This document shows positions 23,701 through 36,132 of a DNA stretch of 64,000 bases, piece after piece; position 1 is the first letter of the stretch; each line of letters starts with the position of its first letter. Source of the DNA: Tubulanus polymorphus (Eukaryota; Animalia; Nemertea); assembly GCF_964204645.1 (NCBI RefSeq), contig NC_134028.1, positions 13,377,263 to 13,441,262 on the forward strand. The letters run 5' to 3'. The notes under the pieces were generated by a model, which saw nothing but the letters and a program-made list of their open reading frames with translations, ran no database searches and was not told the origin of the DNA. Position numbers and translations under genes: made by a program.

Positions 23701-26700
23701 AGAGAATAAATTGAAACTAGAGTATAAAGATGATATATTAGAAACTAAATTAGATGAATTAAAGAATGAAAAAGAAACATACAAATGTGATACATGTAAT
23801 CAATCATTCAGTGATAAAAGATATTATAAAGAACATTTAAAATCTATAAGTCATATTAGAAATAAGAATAATGATATTTTAGGTGAAGATTATTTTGATA
23901 ATGATAACGATAAGAAACAGAAGACAATTAAAAGAATAAAAAATAAATTAAACAATAAAAGACCATACATGGAAGATGTAAGAAATTATATTAATTCATT
24001 AGATAATAAAAAAGATATAGAGATAACCGAAGCATTTAAAAGTGATATTGGTCCAGCAGCTATCGAGTTTAAATTTCATAAAGGTAAAACAATAGAAGAA
24101 AATAAAAAACATTTAGAAAATATGAAAGAAATGATAAAAATAATTACAAACGTAGAATATCCAAAAATTAGTATATCAGTTAAAGTAAAGTTTATAAAAT
24201 CTGAAGATAAACCAATATATAATATAAATTCTCATTCACAACATATTATATCTAAACAACATATAAATGATAAATTAAATAAATGTTATAATGAAATAAA
24301 AACTAAAATAGAAGAGAAATATTTTGAAGGATCTGGTTTAATATTTGATGAGATAATATTTATAACTTTACATGTTTATAACACAAAATATAATAAGTTA
24401 ACTAAATCAAAACCAATTGATGAAAATAATTTATCATATTATAAAGAACCAGATATTGAAGCATCGAGTTATATTAAACTACCATTTAAAACTAATGCTG
24501 TAATAAATGTACAAAATGAAGATGATAAATGTTTTCTATGGACAATTATAAGTTGCTTACACCCAGTTGAAGATTATAAACAACATAGTTTTAGATTAAC
24601 TCATTATAAACAATTTGAAAATAATTATAAGATAGATAAGTATCCTGTTAGAATTAAAAATATTCCAAAAATAGAAAGAGATAATAATCTAAAAATAAAT
24701 GTATTTGATTTAATCAAATTACCAAATACAAAAGGAAATAATATTAAACATTATACATTAGAACCTTTATACCTATCAAAAGATTATGATTCAAATGATG
24801 TTATAGATATACTATATTATGAGAATCATTATATGTGGAATTAACAAATAGATTTATTTTTTAGAACAGAAAATGATCACCATAAAATATATCTTTGTAG
24901 AAAATGTTTACATAGATTCAGTAATGAAAGTACATTATTAAATCATAAACAACTATGTGATAATCATGATTATTGTAAATTAGTTTTACCAAATGAAAAA
25001 GATAAAATATTAGAATTCAAAAAATATGATTACAAAAATAAAGTACCATTTGTAATATATGGAGATTTTGAATCATTAAATAAAGAACTAACTGATCAAG
25101 ATAGAAAAGATATATATTATAAAAGAAAGAAATTAAATTCTAATGAAAATGATATAATTGATTATTCAGATCCTATAATAACAAATACTATTAAAAAGAT
25201 CTATCAAAGTGCTGCAGCTTTCGGGTTATATATTAAATCTAATTATCCAGAACTAATTGAAAGTGAATATTATAATTACAGAAATGAAAATGTTATCAAT
25301 TATTTTTGTGACTTATTAATTGAATATGAAATAAGATTTAGTAAATTATTGAATACAAATAAAGAAATAATTATGACAGAAGAAGATAAAGAAGAATTTG
25401 AGTTTGCAGATAAATGTTATTATTGTGAAAAGATATTTAATTATAAAGATAAAAAAGTAAGAGACCATGATCATTTGAATGGAAAGTTTAGAGGCGCTGC
25501 ACATGAGAATTGTAACTTACAAGCTAAGAAAATTAACTTTGTACCAGTTATATTTCATAATCTATCAGGATATGATGCGCATTTATTCATCAAACAGTTA
25601 TGTCATAAAATAGAAGAAATCAATAATGAAATAGAAATATTAAATTCAAATAGATCAAAAGATAAAATACCAACTTATAAATTTAGAATGTTAGCTAAAA
25701 CATCCGAGAATTATATATCTTTCCAATTTGGATGCCTAAGATTTATAGATTCATATAGATTTTTAAGTAGTTCATTAGATAACTTATCGAAATCATTAGT
25801 TGATGATGAATTAAAAATATTAAAACAACACTATCCAAATAATGATGATTTTAAATTAATGAGATATAAAGGAGCAATTCCTTATTCATTTTATAAAACA
25901 CATAATGATTTTAACATAACTGAATTATTAAAAGAACAATTTTATGATGAATTAAAAAATGAATATGTTAAAGATGAAGTCTATGATAGAACATTGAATA
26001 TTTGGAATCATTTCAAAATAGAAAATCATGGGCAATTAGTAGATTTATATTTAAAATCAGATGTATTATTATTAACTGATATATTCGAAAGGTTTAGAGA
26101 TGTAAACCTAAAATATTTCAATATTGATCCTTGTCATTGTTATTCATCACCAGGATTAACATGGGATTGTGGATTAAAATTTACAGATATAAAAATGGAT
26201 TTGTTAACAAATATAGATCAATTACTATTATTTGAAAAATCTATAAGAGGAGGTGTTTCAGGTGTATTGGGTGATAGATATTTCAATGTAAATGATAATC
26301 CTGGATATAAATTATTATACATAGATGCAAATAATCTTTATGGTTGGCAATGATGGAACCACAACCTTATGGGATGTTTGAAATAACTGAAGTTTTACAA
26401 ATTGATAAATTTGATTGGAAGAAAAGAATTCTAGATATTGCAGATGATTCAGATACTGGGTACTTCTTTGTTGTAGACTTGGAATATCCTGAACGTATTA
26501 AATTCAAATCTAGAAATCTAGCATATTGTCCCGAACATAAAACTGTTAAACATGAAGAATTATCAAATTATCAAAAAAGAATTAAACCCGATAATCATAT
26601 TCATACTGAAAAGTTAATGGTAACTCAAGAAGATAAATATAATTACGTTGTGCATTATAGAATGTTGAAGTTTTATTTGAGACAAGGAATGATATTAAAA

Positions 26701-27648
26701 AAAGTACATAGATATATTTCATTCAGTCAATCTAAATGGTTAGAAAAATATATAGATTTTAATACTACACAGAGAACTAAAGCTAAAACTGATTTTGAAA
26801 AAGATTTCTTCAAGTTAATGAATAATGCATTCTATGGTAAGACTTGTGAAAATATTAGAAATAGAAATGATATTGAGTTAGTTAGTAATGGTAAAAGGAT
26901 AAGGCATTTACAATCATATCCTAAGTTTATAGGTAACAGAATATTTGATGAAAATTTAGCTGCAGTTAAGATGAGAAGAACTTCAATGAAATTTAATAAA
27001 CCGATTTATGTTGGAGCTGCAGTTTTAGAATTATCAAAATTACTAATGTATGAATTCTATTATAATATATTACAACCTCATTTTGGGGAAAAACATATTG
27101 AAATATTATATTTTGATACAGATTCTTACATATTAAAGATAAAAACTGATAACATAACTGATGATTTAAAAATATTAAAACATCATTTTGATTTCAGTAA
27201 CTATCCTAAAAATCATGAATTGTTTACCAATGATAATAAAAAAGTTCCTGGGAAGTTTAAGGATGAATTAGGTGGTGAAGAAATGATAGAGTTCATAGGT
27301 ATTAGATCTAAAATGTATTCATATAAAACTAAAGAACATGAAGCTAAAAAGTTAAAAGGAATTACCAAAAGCGTTGTTGAAAAGAATATTCATTTTAAAG
27401 ATAACATCAATTGTATATTCAAAGAAGAAGTTAGAAAACATAAGATGAAATGTTTAAGATCTGAAGATCATGAAATGTATATTGAAGAGATAGAGAAGAT
27501 AAGTCTAAACCCATTTGATGATAAAAGATATATTTTAGATGATGGAATCCACACAGTCGCCTATGGTTGCAATTTAGATGAATATATAAAATTCAAAAGA
27601 GAAGAAACAAAAGAAAATGAGATTATGAAAAGGATTCTAGCGTGTTAA
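23612..27648 (+). pseudogene. polB: Protein-primed family B DNA polymerase with N-terminal C2H2 fingers, an OTU-like Cys motif and an endonuclease VII insert; in-frame stop at 24842 and frameshift at ~26347
   Basis: DDKCFLW; YGDFES; CYYC..VRDHDHLNGKFRGAAHENCN; FHNLSGYD; LYIDANNLYGW; KLMNNAFYGK; YFDTDS. Lesions were located by comparison with copy 2. Confidence 0.95.
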
Positions 27649-27676
27649 TCAATTTCAATAAAAATTTGTATAATAA

Positions 27677-28018
27677 ATGGAGAGTAAACAAGTACACAGT
27701 GAATTCTTAGATAGAATTAAAGATACTTCAAGCGTCAAATCTGTAGATTATAAATTCAAAAAGTTAACAGAATTAACAATCCATAAGAAATATCTAATTA
27801 CAAATATTGATACAGTTGCTAACAAATATGGAGATAAATTAGTTATACACTTAGAATATGAAGGATTAAAAGGAAATAAATATAAATTCAGAACTTATTT
27901 ACCAGATAGATTTCATAGATTATCAAGTGAAGATCTAGAAGAATTATGTTCTGGAGATTTCTATTTCGTATACAAAGGTAAGAATGAAAAAGGGCACCAT
28001 GAAATAGATTTCGAATGA
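27677..28018 (+). CDS. Conserved Polinton protein (113 aa), possibly an OB-fold ssDNA-binding protein
   Basis: Intact in both copies and adjacent to polB; KKLTEL...KYGDKL...YLPDRF beta-rich pattern. The function is inferred. Confidence 0.6.
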   Translation: MESKQVHSEFLDRIKDTSSVKSVDYKFKKLTELTIHKKYLITNIDTVANKYGDKLVIHLEYEGLKGNKYKFRTYLPDRFHRLSSEDLEELCSGDFYFVYKGKNEKGHHEIDFE

Positions 28019-28035
28019 GAAAATATGTAAAATAA

Positions 28036-28789
28036 ATGGCGGAATTAAAAGAATACAGAATATTTGTTGATTCAAGAAAACTTACAAATTATAAATCACA
28101 TAATTTACTAGTTCAATTAGATAGAGAATTTAAGAATTGTGTAGATTTAAAATTAGTAAATATAAGTTTATGTAATTCTTTTTACAATGTATCGGATAAA
28201 ACTTTTGAACATAGAGGGTTTATGATTTATATGAGAAATAAAGATAAATGGTTTCATATATTTTTAAAACCAGGATTATATAATTTAGAATCATTAGCGC
28301 AGGAAATTAATAGAAGAGCTCGGTTGAAAATCGGGGGCACTTCTGTATTTGAAATTAAATTTAATAAAATTGATAGTACTAATAAAATAAGAATAAAGAT
28401 ATCTAATGAACAACATAAATTTATGGTAAACAAACCACTGGCTAAAATGTTAGGAATTAAACCGCTTACAGTTACTGGAAACGCAGAAGGCAGCTCAAAT
28501 ATAATACCTTTTACACACTTTTATATTTATTGCAATTTAATCGAGCCTACAAAAACTTGAAGCAACTAAAGAAACAATTTGTAATTCTAGTATACTAAAT
28601 ATTTTACCGCTAAAAAATGTTAAACAATTTGGAACTCAAATAAATTATAATTTAACAGAATGTGATTTTAAACCTTGCATTCCTAAATTTAATAATTTTA
28701 AATTAGAAATAAGAAATCATAATGGATACTTAATTGATTTGAATAACTTTCCTGTAATTTATGAATTAGTTATAAGATGTAAAGAGTAA
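28036..28789 (+). pseudogene. Minor capsid protein (penton, single jelly-roll), frameshift at ~28557
   Basis: SFYNV, PGLYN, LAKMLG, FYIYCNLI, LEIRNHNG..IDLNNFPV..EL.IR pattern typical of Polinton penton. Confidence 0.75.
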
Positions 28790-28805
28790 TTTTTCACTTA
28801 TATAA

Positions 28806-29153
28806 ATGAATATAACTGTTGGACCGAGTATATGTTTTGGATTTGATTTTAAACGTGAGAAAGAAATGAAATTTAACATTAATGATGTAATTACACATAT
28901 CAAAAATATTGCATTTTCTAATGAAACAACATTTGAGTATGAAACAACAATAGATAAAGAAACTTTTAATGTAGAAAAGATTACTGAGTCTCTAAGATTT
29001 TATGAATTAGATGAAGATTTTATCATCGATGATATTAAAAAAATAATAATTGAAATATATGATAATCATAAAACTAGTAATGAAATAAATGTTGAATTAA
29101 TCATAAATAAGTTAACTAAATATTTTGAAGATAGTAATTTTTTTGATAAATAA
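28806..29153 (+). CDS. Hypothetical protein (115 aa)
   Basis: TAAATG start; diverged homologue at 56768-57109. Confidence 0.6.
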   Translation: MNITVGPSICFGFDFKREKEMKFNINDVITHIKNIAFSNETTFEYETTIDKETFNVEKITESLRFYELDEDFIIDDIKKIIIEIYDNHKTSNEINVELIINKLTKYFEDSNFFDK

Positions 29154-29375
29154 ATGAGTGATAATAAGTGGATAATAACTGGATTATATAATAGCGCATT
29201 ACTATCAGTTGGAACGGTTGGTTATTCAATGGTATTAAAAAAAGTATTCAAAATGGGAAGTGTTAATGTTGATAGATTTGATATAAATGATATTTTAAAG
29301 TTAACATTAGCAGTTACTTTATCTAATTTAACAATTGATTATTTGGAAAAACAAAAATATATTCCTCCCATATAA
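29154..29375 (+). CDS. Small hydrophobic protein (73 aa)
   Basis: One amino-acid difference from 57110-57331; two hydrophobic segments. Confidence 0.75.
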   Translation: MSDNKWIITGLYNSALLSVGTVGYSMVLKKVFKMGSVNVDRFDINDILKLTLAVTLSNLTIDYLEKQKYIPPI

Positions 29376-29400
29376 ATGCATAATTTTTTTTGCTAAATAA

Positions 29401-29821
29401 ATGGCTTCTGCAATTATAACTATTATAGGATCGGCAATTGTTAACACTTTAGCATTTAATGGTGGTGGTTATTTATTTAAACATATTGATAAAAATAGTT
29501 CATTAGGAGAACAAAGAAGACATAACTTAGCGTTAGAGAAATACAATAAAGCTGCAGAAGAATATAGAGAAAAACGACAAAACTATATGGATTATATTAA
29601 CAAAGAATTATATGATCAGAAGATTTCACATAGATTTTCAATCAGTTGATGATGCAATGAGTTTATATAACGCAGTAACAAATAAAGAAAAATTACATCT
29701 ATACAAACCTAAATTATCAGATTATTATACCCCAAGTAAAGAACAACAGAAATATGAAATAATATGGATTTTAGGTGGAACAGTTATTGTTATATTTGTT
29801 GCTTATAAGTTTACTAATTAG
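29401..29821 (+). pseudogene. Membrane protein (~140 aa, N- and C-terminal hydrophobic helices), frameshift at ~29632
   Basis: Intact homologue at 57356-57778. Confidence 0.75.
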
Positions 29822-29840
29822 TAATTTTTATTCTAAATAA

Positions 29841-30275
29841 ATGGAAGATATAGTTGATAGTATTGATATTATTCCTCATGATATAAATAAAACTAAATTA
29901 AAAACATATTTAGAAAAACAAATATTAGAATTTGAAAGTGACTTAAAGATAAAAAAGAAAAAATATTTAAAAAGTAGAATTATATATTATTTGATTATAA
30001 GTGGTTCGGTTACAATTAGTTCTGTAATAACATTTCTAGCAATATTCAGTCCATTAACACCTTTAGCTATATCAATTGGTGTGTTAGGATTAAGTTCAAG
30101 TGTTTTAACTGGTATAAGTTCAAAATTAAATATAAAAAGTAATAAAGAAAAAATTAAAACTAATATAAAAGAAATTAATAAATTAAAGAACACACTAGAT
30201 TATATAATAAGTTTAAATGGTCATATAACAGTTGAAGAACAAGATAAATTATTAAAAGAATTAATAAATTATTAA
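29841..30275 (+). CDS. Two-TM coiled-coil protein (144 aa)
   Basis: Hydrophobic hairpin IIYYLIISG...VLTGIS; homologue at 57799. Confidence 0.7.
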   Translation: MEDIVDSIDIIPHDINKTKLKTYLEKQILEFESDLKIKKKKYLKSRIIYYLIISGSVTISSVITFLAIFSPLTPLAISIGVLGLSSSVLTGISSKLNIKSNKEKIKTNIKEINKLKNTLDYIISLNGHITVEEQDKLLKELINY

Positions 30276-30291
30276 TTTTTTAGTTATATAA

Positions 30292-31593
30292 ATGGGGTTT
30301 CCAAAAGCTTTCCAATATAATAAATCAATTAAATATAATATTCCGGCAATAGATTTTAAGAAAAATATTACATATAAAAATATAGTTTTAAATTCATTAA
30401 CTAATTTAGAAATTTATGTTAATGAATCACAGTTTTTTATTTCTAAAATGGAAAATATATTTAATACATATGAAGTTACTTTTACTCGAGATGAATATCA
30501 TATATATAAAGTAAAATCTAATATGAAATATTGGCAGAATCAATGAAATTTTGCTGTTTATTGTGCAACAACAGGATGTGGAATTAGTTGGAATGATCAT
30601 TTAAATAACTTAGATAAAAATTTGAAGTATTCTGATTTAAAATTAATTCACACAATATTTAGATTTCACTCATATTTTCAAATCAGAATAATATTAAATG
30701 AATTAGAATGTCCTTTACCCGGGTCTAAATATTTTAAAGAATTAGATAATAATATTAATCTATCTAAGTTTTATAAAATATGTAATGAATTTAATATAAA
30801 TATTAATTCCGATTTCAGAGCGCATGGTAAATTGCAAGGTGTTGGTGAAGAGTATGAAATAAAAAGAATTGATTATATGCATAGAATTGGAGCTTATCAT
30901 AATTATAAAATTGATAATAATAATGGTTGGGTTAATTTCATTTTAGAAAATGGTGAAGGTTTTACAAAATCAGGTATACAAAGAATAAATCAATCTATTA
31001 GAATTTATTTGATATGTATTTTAGGCGCTCAAGTTGAAACAAGATCACCGATAATTGGAAATTTGAATACATCATTCGATACACAAAAACAATTTAAAGT
31101 TTTATTTGAAGATTCAATTCATAATGATAAAAATAGATCGATTCCAGAAAACATTATAAGATATCAAAATTATTTAGATAAATCTCATGTAAGACTTAAT
31201 TATTGTATAGGCCCTAATCTATTAATTATTTCTAATGATTTAGTATTAAAGATGGGAAATATAATTGGTTATAATAATCTAATTAAAACTGCAACAATAA
31301 ATAATTCATTTGGATTGAATGATATAAATAAAAAGATTATTACTGCTCCAAAATTAATGGAAGGTGAAAAAAATAAAAAACACATTCAATCAACTGAAAC
31401 TAAAACTAAGAATATTAAATTAAATAATGATTCTAAAATAAAAGATTATAATACATCAGAAGATATAAAAACTGATATTATTCAACATGATATAATTAAA
31501 CTAAATGATGATAATAAATCCCATGAAAATACTAAATTAGCTATAACTTGTATAGGAATTGTAATCGGAGGAATATTATATTTTAAATTTTAA
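30292..31593 (+). pseudogene. Conserved Polinton protein (~430 aa) with C-terminal TM anchor; premature TGA at 30544
   Basis: WQNQ*NFAVYCATTGCGISW...RFHSYFQIRIIL; copy 2 reads through this position (WQNQLNF). Confidence 0.75.
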
Positions 31594-31609
31594 TTTTTGT
31601 ATTATGTAA

Positions 31610-33073
31610 ATGGCAGAAGGTGGAGAAGATATTGGAATGGATGACATGGGAAATGATAATGAAGGATATATTGATGATGATTATAATGATGCAGAAACTA
31701 ATATTGATAATGATGATGAATCAGCATATAATTCTAATTTAGCAGATAGTGGTTCTAAAGCCCCATCAACAGATGAATTTGATAGAAGAACTAGATCGAG
31801 AATAAATCCTGAAAATGAAAATCCAGATTTAGTAAAACAAAATTTAGAATATAATGAATTTATGTATGATTTTCAACATGTATTTAAAGATTCTGGATAT
31901 AATATAAATACCAGAGGCGCTAGACTTTTAGTACAAGAATTAAAGTTTTTAGATGGTGAATATTATTATCGTTTGAAAGATGATTATTATATTGATATCT
32001 TTTATAAAAAACAAAAAAAAATATTAGCAGAATCAACTTTGCTTAAGTCTGACTCATTACTATCTAGAATTAAGAGAATAAGAAATAGTAATGAAATAGA
32101 AGATGTAACACAAGAAGAAATTATTAAAAATGAAAGAGTATTTAAACAAAGAATTAATGAATTATTTGAAACAATCGATAATAATTTAGAAACAGAAACA
32201 ACTTCTGAACAGAATATAACTTCCAAAACTAGTAAACTTAAATCAAACACTGAAGTTCAAACTGAAAAACTTTTACCGAATGGATTACTTGATGCAACAG
32301 ATCAAGAAATAGAAGCTTTAAGTATGTTTTCTAAAAAAACAATTAGAGAAATAATAAGTATACGAAATGATGCCGATAAAATTGCGCGCGAAAAACATAT
32401 TAGATATAATAAAATTAAAATTTTAGAAAATAAATTATTTGACACCAGAAAAGAATTAGAACAATTAAAATTAGATAGAGAATTTAAAGTTATTGAAGAA
32501 ATTGAATTTAAAAAAAGAAATGCATATTTAGAAAAAGAAATTGATGATTTAGAATATAACATAGAATTTCAGAAAGAAAAAATGAAATTATTATTAAAAT
32601 CATACGATTATTGTATCAATAGATTAAAAGTTGTTGTTAAAGAGTTAATACTAAAACCAAATTCTGACATATCACTAAAAGATAGAATAAAATTATTATT
32701 TAAGTTTGAAGGAATAACAGTTCTTTCAATTCTAACAGCTGTAACTATGTTATTTACAACAATTGGTTTAGCAATATCAAATGCTTTAAAATCTACTCCT
32801 ACTCCCACTCCCAATAAACCAGATAAACCTCCAGGTAATAATTCTATACAAGATAAAGTTAAGGATGGTTTAAAAAAATTAGCAAAATATTTATGGGAAC
32901 TATCAAAGAAATCTGCTGCAGCTTTACCAGGAGTTATTGCTTCAATTGTTGGTTTTATATTGAAATCTGCAGGAAACATTATTAACTTTGCTGCTGAACA
33001 TATTATTTTATTTTTAATTACAGTTGTAAGTGCTATTATTTTTGGTTTAGTAAACATGATAAAAAATAAATAA
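31610..33073 (+). CDS. Acidic/coiled-coil protein with C-terminal hydrophobic helices (candidate membrane-penetration protein)
   Basis: 487-aa intact ORF; C-terminal EGITVLSILTAVTMLFTTIG and LPGVIASIVGFILK...LFLITVVS conserved in copy 2. Confidence 0.75.
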   Translation: MAEGGEDIGMDDMGNDNEGYIDDDYNDAETNIDNDDESAYNSNLADSGSKAPSTDEFDRRTRSRINPENENPDLVKQNLEYNEFMYDFQHVFKDSGYNINTRGARLLVQELKFLDGEYYYRLKDDYYIDIFYKKQKKILAESTLLKSDSLLSRIKRIRNSNEIEDVTQEEIIKNERVFKQRINELFETIDNNLETETTSEQNITSKTSKLKSNTEVQTEKLLPNGLLDATDQEIEALSMFSKKTIREIISIRNDADKIAREKHIRYNKIKILENKLFDTRKELEQLKLDREFKVIEEIEFKKRNAYLEKEIDDLEYNIEFQKEKMKLLLKSYDYCINRLKVVVKELILKPNSDISLKDRIKLLFKFEGITVLSILTAVTMLFTTIGLAISNALKSTPTPTPNKPDKPPGNNSIQDKVKDGLKKLAKYLWELSKKSAAALPGVIASIVGFILKSAGNIINFAAEHIILFLITVVSAIIFGLVNMIKNK

Positions 33074-33094
33074 TTAATTTTTTTTGTTAAATAA

Positions 33095-34346
33095 ATGAGT
33101 GGGAGTTATATAAGTCCTTCGAAGAATCATAGAATATCTAATGCTATTAAAGCAGAAAGATCACATCATATAATTACTCATAACCCTTCAAATATTAATC
33201 CCGATGAAACTTTATATGTTAGAATTCCTAGATTAACACAAAATACTTTTTATGTTCCAAACAGTATTTATTTATCAGCCGATATAACAGTAGCCGGTAA
33301 TAATAATAATTATGTTGTTGATAATGTTGGAAGATATTTGATTAAAAAGTTAACAATAAAGATTGGTCCAGAAACAGTTTTCTCATTAGATGATTATAAT
33401 TTATTTATGCATTATAAAGATTTATGGTTAACTAAAGAAAATAGAAATAATATGATATTTCAGGGTATTCAATCAGAAAACCAAAATAAATTAAGATCAG
33501 AAGCTAATAGCGCAATATTAACTAATGATGTAGATAAATTGATAAAAAGTATATATGGAAGCAAATATAAAATTCCATTAGACTTTGAATTGATAAATAA
33601 TAATGCACCTTTATATAAATACGCAATTCAAGAAGATATTATATTTGAGATAACATTTGCTCCTGTAAATGAAATTGTATTATCTAGCCTTAATAAAGAT
33701 ATGAGTTATAAATTATCGAATATATGTTTAGAATATGATACAGTAACTGATGAAAATATTTCAAGTATAATTCAAACTCAATACAATCAAGGGTTTTCAT
33801 TATTATATGATTATATTGATAAATTTAAAACTGTAACTATTAATGCAAATGATGAAATAATTAATGAGAATATTAACTTCCCTAGAAGATCTATTAAAGG
33901 TATATTAATATTTTTTACCATTGGAACGTATACTAATGGCGCAATAAATGTTGATAATTATTATAATCCTGAAATAACAAAAGTAGAAATAACTATCGAA
34001 GGTATAGCAAATAAAATATTTTGTCAAGGAATGAGAATGATTGATCAATGGGTAGAAATTAAAAAACATTTTATGAATGAAAAAATAAAATCATTTGAAA
34101 ATTGTAACATTAATCAAATTGATTGATTATTATACCGGTAATAAATATGCATTATGGTTAGATTTTAGAACAACAGAGGATAATTCATTACATGGTTCTG
34201 GAAAAAAACTACAGAACACTAGAGATGGAATACAATTATTCATGACAAAGAAAAAGGGAATCAAAAATTTTAAAATGCATATTTATATTATATCTGACGC
34301 GCAATTAAATATTGTAAATTCACAATTAGATAGTGTTATGTATTAA
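33095..34346 (+). pseudogene. Major capsid protein (double jelly-roll/hexon-like), frameshift at ~34121 (GATT duplication)
   Basis: ~415 aa; HNPSNINPDETLYVRIPRL, LEYD, NINFPRRSIKGIL, YALWLDFR..DN.LHGSG; very highly conserved in copy 2. Confidence 0.8.
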
Positions 34347-34378
34347 AATTTTAACTTTAATAAAAATATATATAATAA

Positions 34379-35365
34379 ATGGAAGGAGGTAAAGTATATG
34401 AAAGAATCAAAGCTGATAAAGAAATCAATGATGATTTGTATTATGTAATACCTTATAAAAGAATAAATGAATATATTGGAACATTTTTATTAAATGAATT
34501 AAATCAATACAAAGAATATTTAATTGAACGTAATAATAAAAGTGGTGTTGTTAATAATAGTGTAATTGATAATAATGTAATACCTACTACTACATCTGTA
34601 ATACCTACTACATCTGTAATACCTACTACATCTATAATACCTACTACATCTGTAATACCTACTACATCAAATAATGTAATACCTACTACATCTGTAATAC
34701 CCTCTACATCAAATAATGTAATACCTTCTACATATAATAATGCAATAATATTAGATGTTAGTGAAAATAGAAATTATTGTGGTTATTGTAATGGTGAATT
34801 TTCAAACGCTCCATCAAATTGGAATAAACATATGAATACAAAGGTACATATTACTAATGTTATAGAACGTGTTGGTTTAAGAGAATTTATAGAACACCCA
34901 TTTAGATATGTTACAAAATTTGTTTCAAATAAAAAAGTAAATGGTAAAGAATTATATGAAGATTTTTTATTAGCAACACCTAATAGAGATGAATTAGATT
35001 TAACCGATGCTAATGAAATATTAGGATCAAACACTGTAAATGAAATATTAGGAGCAAACACTAATAAAGATGATAATGAAAATAGCGCCATACACCCACA
35101 TGGTGATATAGTTACAGATAAGCATATTGATAATAAAGATTCTATGAAACATAAAGAAGAAACTATTGATGATATAATAGAAAGGATGAATAAGTTTAAA
35201 AATGAAACAACTATTGATGATGCGGTAAAAAGGGTGAAGAATAAGTATAAAAATAATGAAGAATTTGAAGAAGATTCGGTAGAGAATTTGAATAAATTGT
35301 TAGGGTATGATAGTGATTATAGTGAAAGTGATTCAGAAATTGATTATCTAACACTCAAAAAGTAA
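34379..35365 (+). CDS. Protein with (T/S)VIPTT repeats, a C2H2 zinc finger and an acidic tail
   Basis: 18-bp tandem repeat at 34575-34735; CGYC...WNKHMNTKVH. Confidence 0.75.
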   Translation: MEGGKVYERIKADKEINDDLYYVIPYKRINEYIGTFLLNELNQYKEYLIERNNKSGVVNNSVIDNNVIPTTTSVIPTTSVIPTTSIIPTTSVIPTTSNNVIPTTSVIPSTSNNVIPSTYNNAIILDVSENRNYCGYCNGEFSNAPSNWNKHMNTKVHITNVIERVGLREFIEHPFRYVTKFVSNKKVNGKELYEDFLLATPNRDELDLTDANEILGSNTVNEILGANTNKDDNENSAIHPHGDIVTDKHIDNKDSMKHKEETIDDIIERMNKFKNETTIDDAVKRVKNKYKNNEEFEEDSVENLNKLLGYDSDYSESDSEIDYLTLKK

Positions 35366-35422
35366 TAAAGGTTGAAAATTGTATAAAATAATAGTAAATA
35401 AAAAAAGGGTTTTAATTATTTA

Positions 35423-35512
35423 AGGTATCTAATAGGGTATTAGGTATTAGGGTATCAGGTATTAGGGTATCTAATGGGGTATTAGGTATTAGGGTATCTA
35501 ATGTATAGGTAT
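35423..35512. repeat. GGGTAT/TAGGTAT microrepeat at the convergence of the two gene blocks
   Basis: Five GGG runs; also present at 63582-63660. Confidence 0.85.
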
Positions 35513-35520
35513 ACAAATAG

Positions 35521-36132
35521 TTATTTTATAAATTTATATTCATATGGAAATTGTAATCTCATAAGTAATTTGGAACCTTTATTATTCTTTAATTTATTCA
35601 TATATTCATCATGTAATTCAGTAGGTATAATTTGATTTTCTTCCAATGATTGTTGCATAGATTTTCTATCTTTGTTGTAGAATAAAACTAGAAATCTTAT
35701 ATTCTCCCTAAAATCTTTCACAATTGAATTATATTTCTGATTTAAAACCCAAGTTGTTATCCCAAAATGTCTACCAGAGAAAGCTAAATAACATAACTCA
35801 CTTTCTCTAATTTTAGAATCATGTAAATTTGCGCAATCATCAATAATAAATAATGTATTTGATCCTTTATAAATATCTAATGCAATTTTTATACAATTAT
35901 CTAAATTATCTTTTACTGTTTTAGGGTCTAATATAATAAACTTTTTTATCTTAACTATATCTCTATTATACGTTTCATTCATTTCATAAGTTGGGCAGAA
36001 TAATATTATATTATCAAAATGATTTTTATAAATAGTTTCTAATAAATATAATATGAAGTGTGTTTTACCACAATTTGTAACTCCAGTTATTAACATATTA
36101 TGTGGTTCAAATATAAACAAATCTTTATTCAT
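35521..36132 (-). CDS. A32/FtsK-like genome packaging ATPase
   Basis: Walker A GVTNCGKT, Walker B LFIIDD, and GRHFGIT...Q motif. Confidence 0.92.
   Translation of the reverse strand: MNKDLFIFEPHNMLITGVTNCGKTHFILYLLETIYKNHFDNIILFCPTYEMNETYNRDIVKIKKFIILDPKTVKDNLDNCIKIALDIYKGSNTLFIIDDCANLHDSKIRESELCYLAFSGRHFGITTWVLNQKYNSIVKDFRENIRFLVLFYNKDRKSMQQSLEENQIIPTELHDEYMNKLKNNKGSKLLMRLQFPYEYKFIK

Noticed and set aside
29987-35091. Minus-strand ORFs overlapping Polinton genes (also 57945-63512) and plus-strand ORFs over Gypsy pol
   Set aside because: Antisense shadows of real coding frames with no independent motifs.
35435-35494. Interstitial telomere
   Set aside because: TTAGGG occurs only singly inside longer units, not as tandem hexamers.
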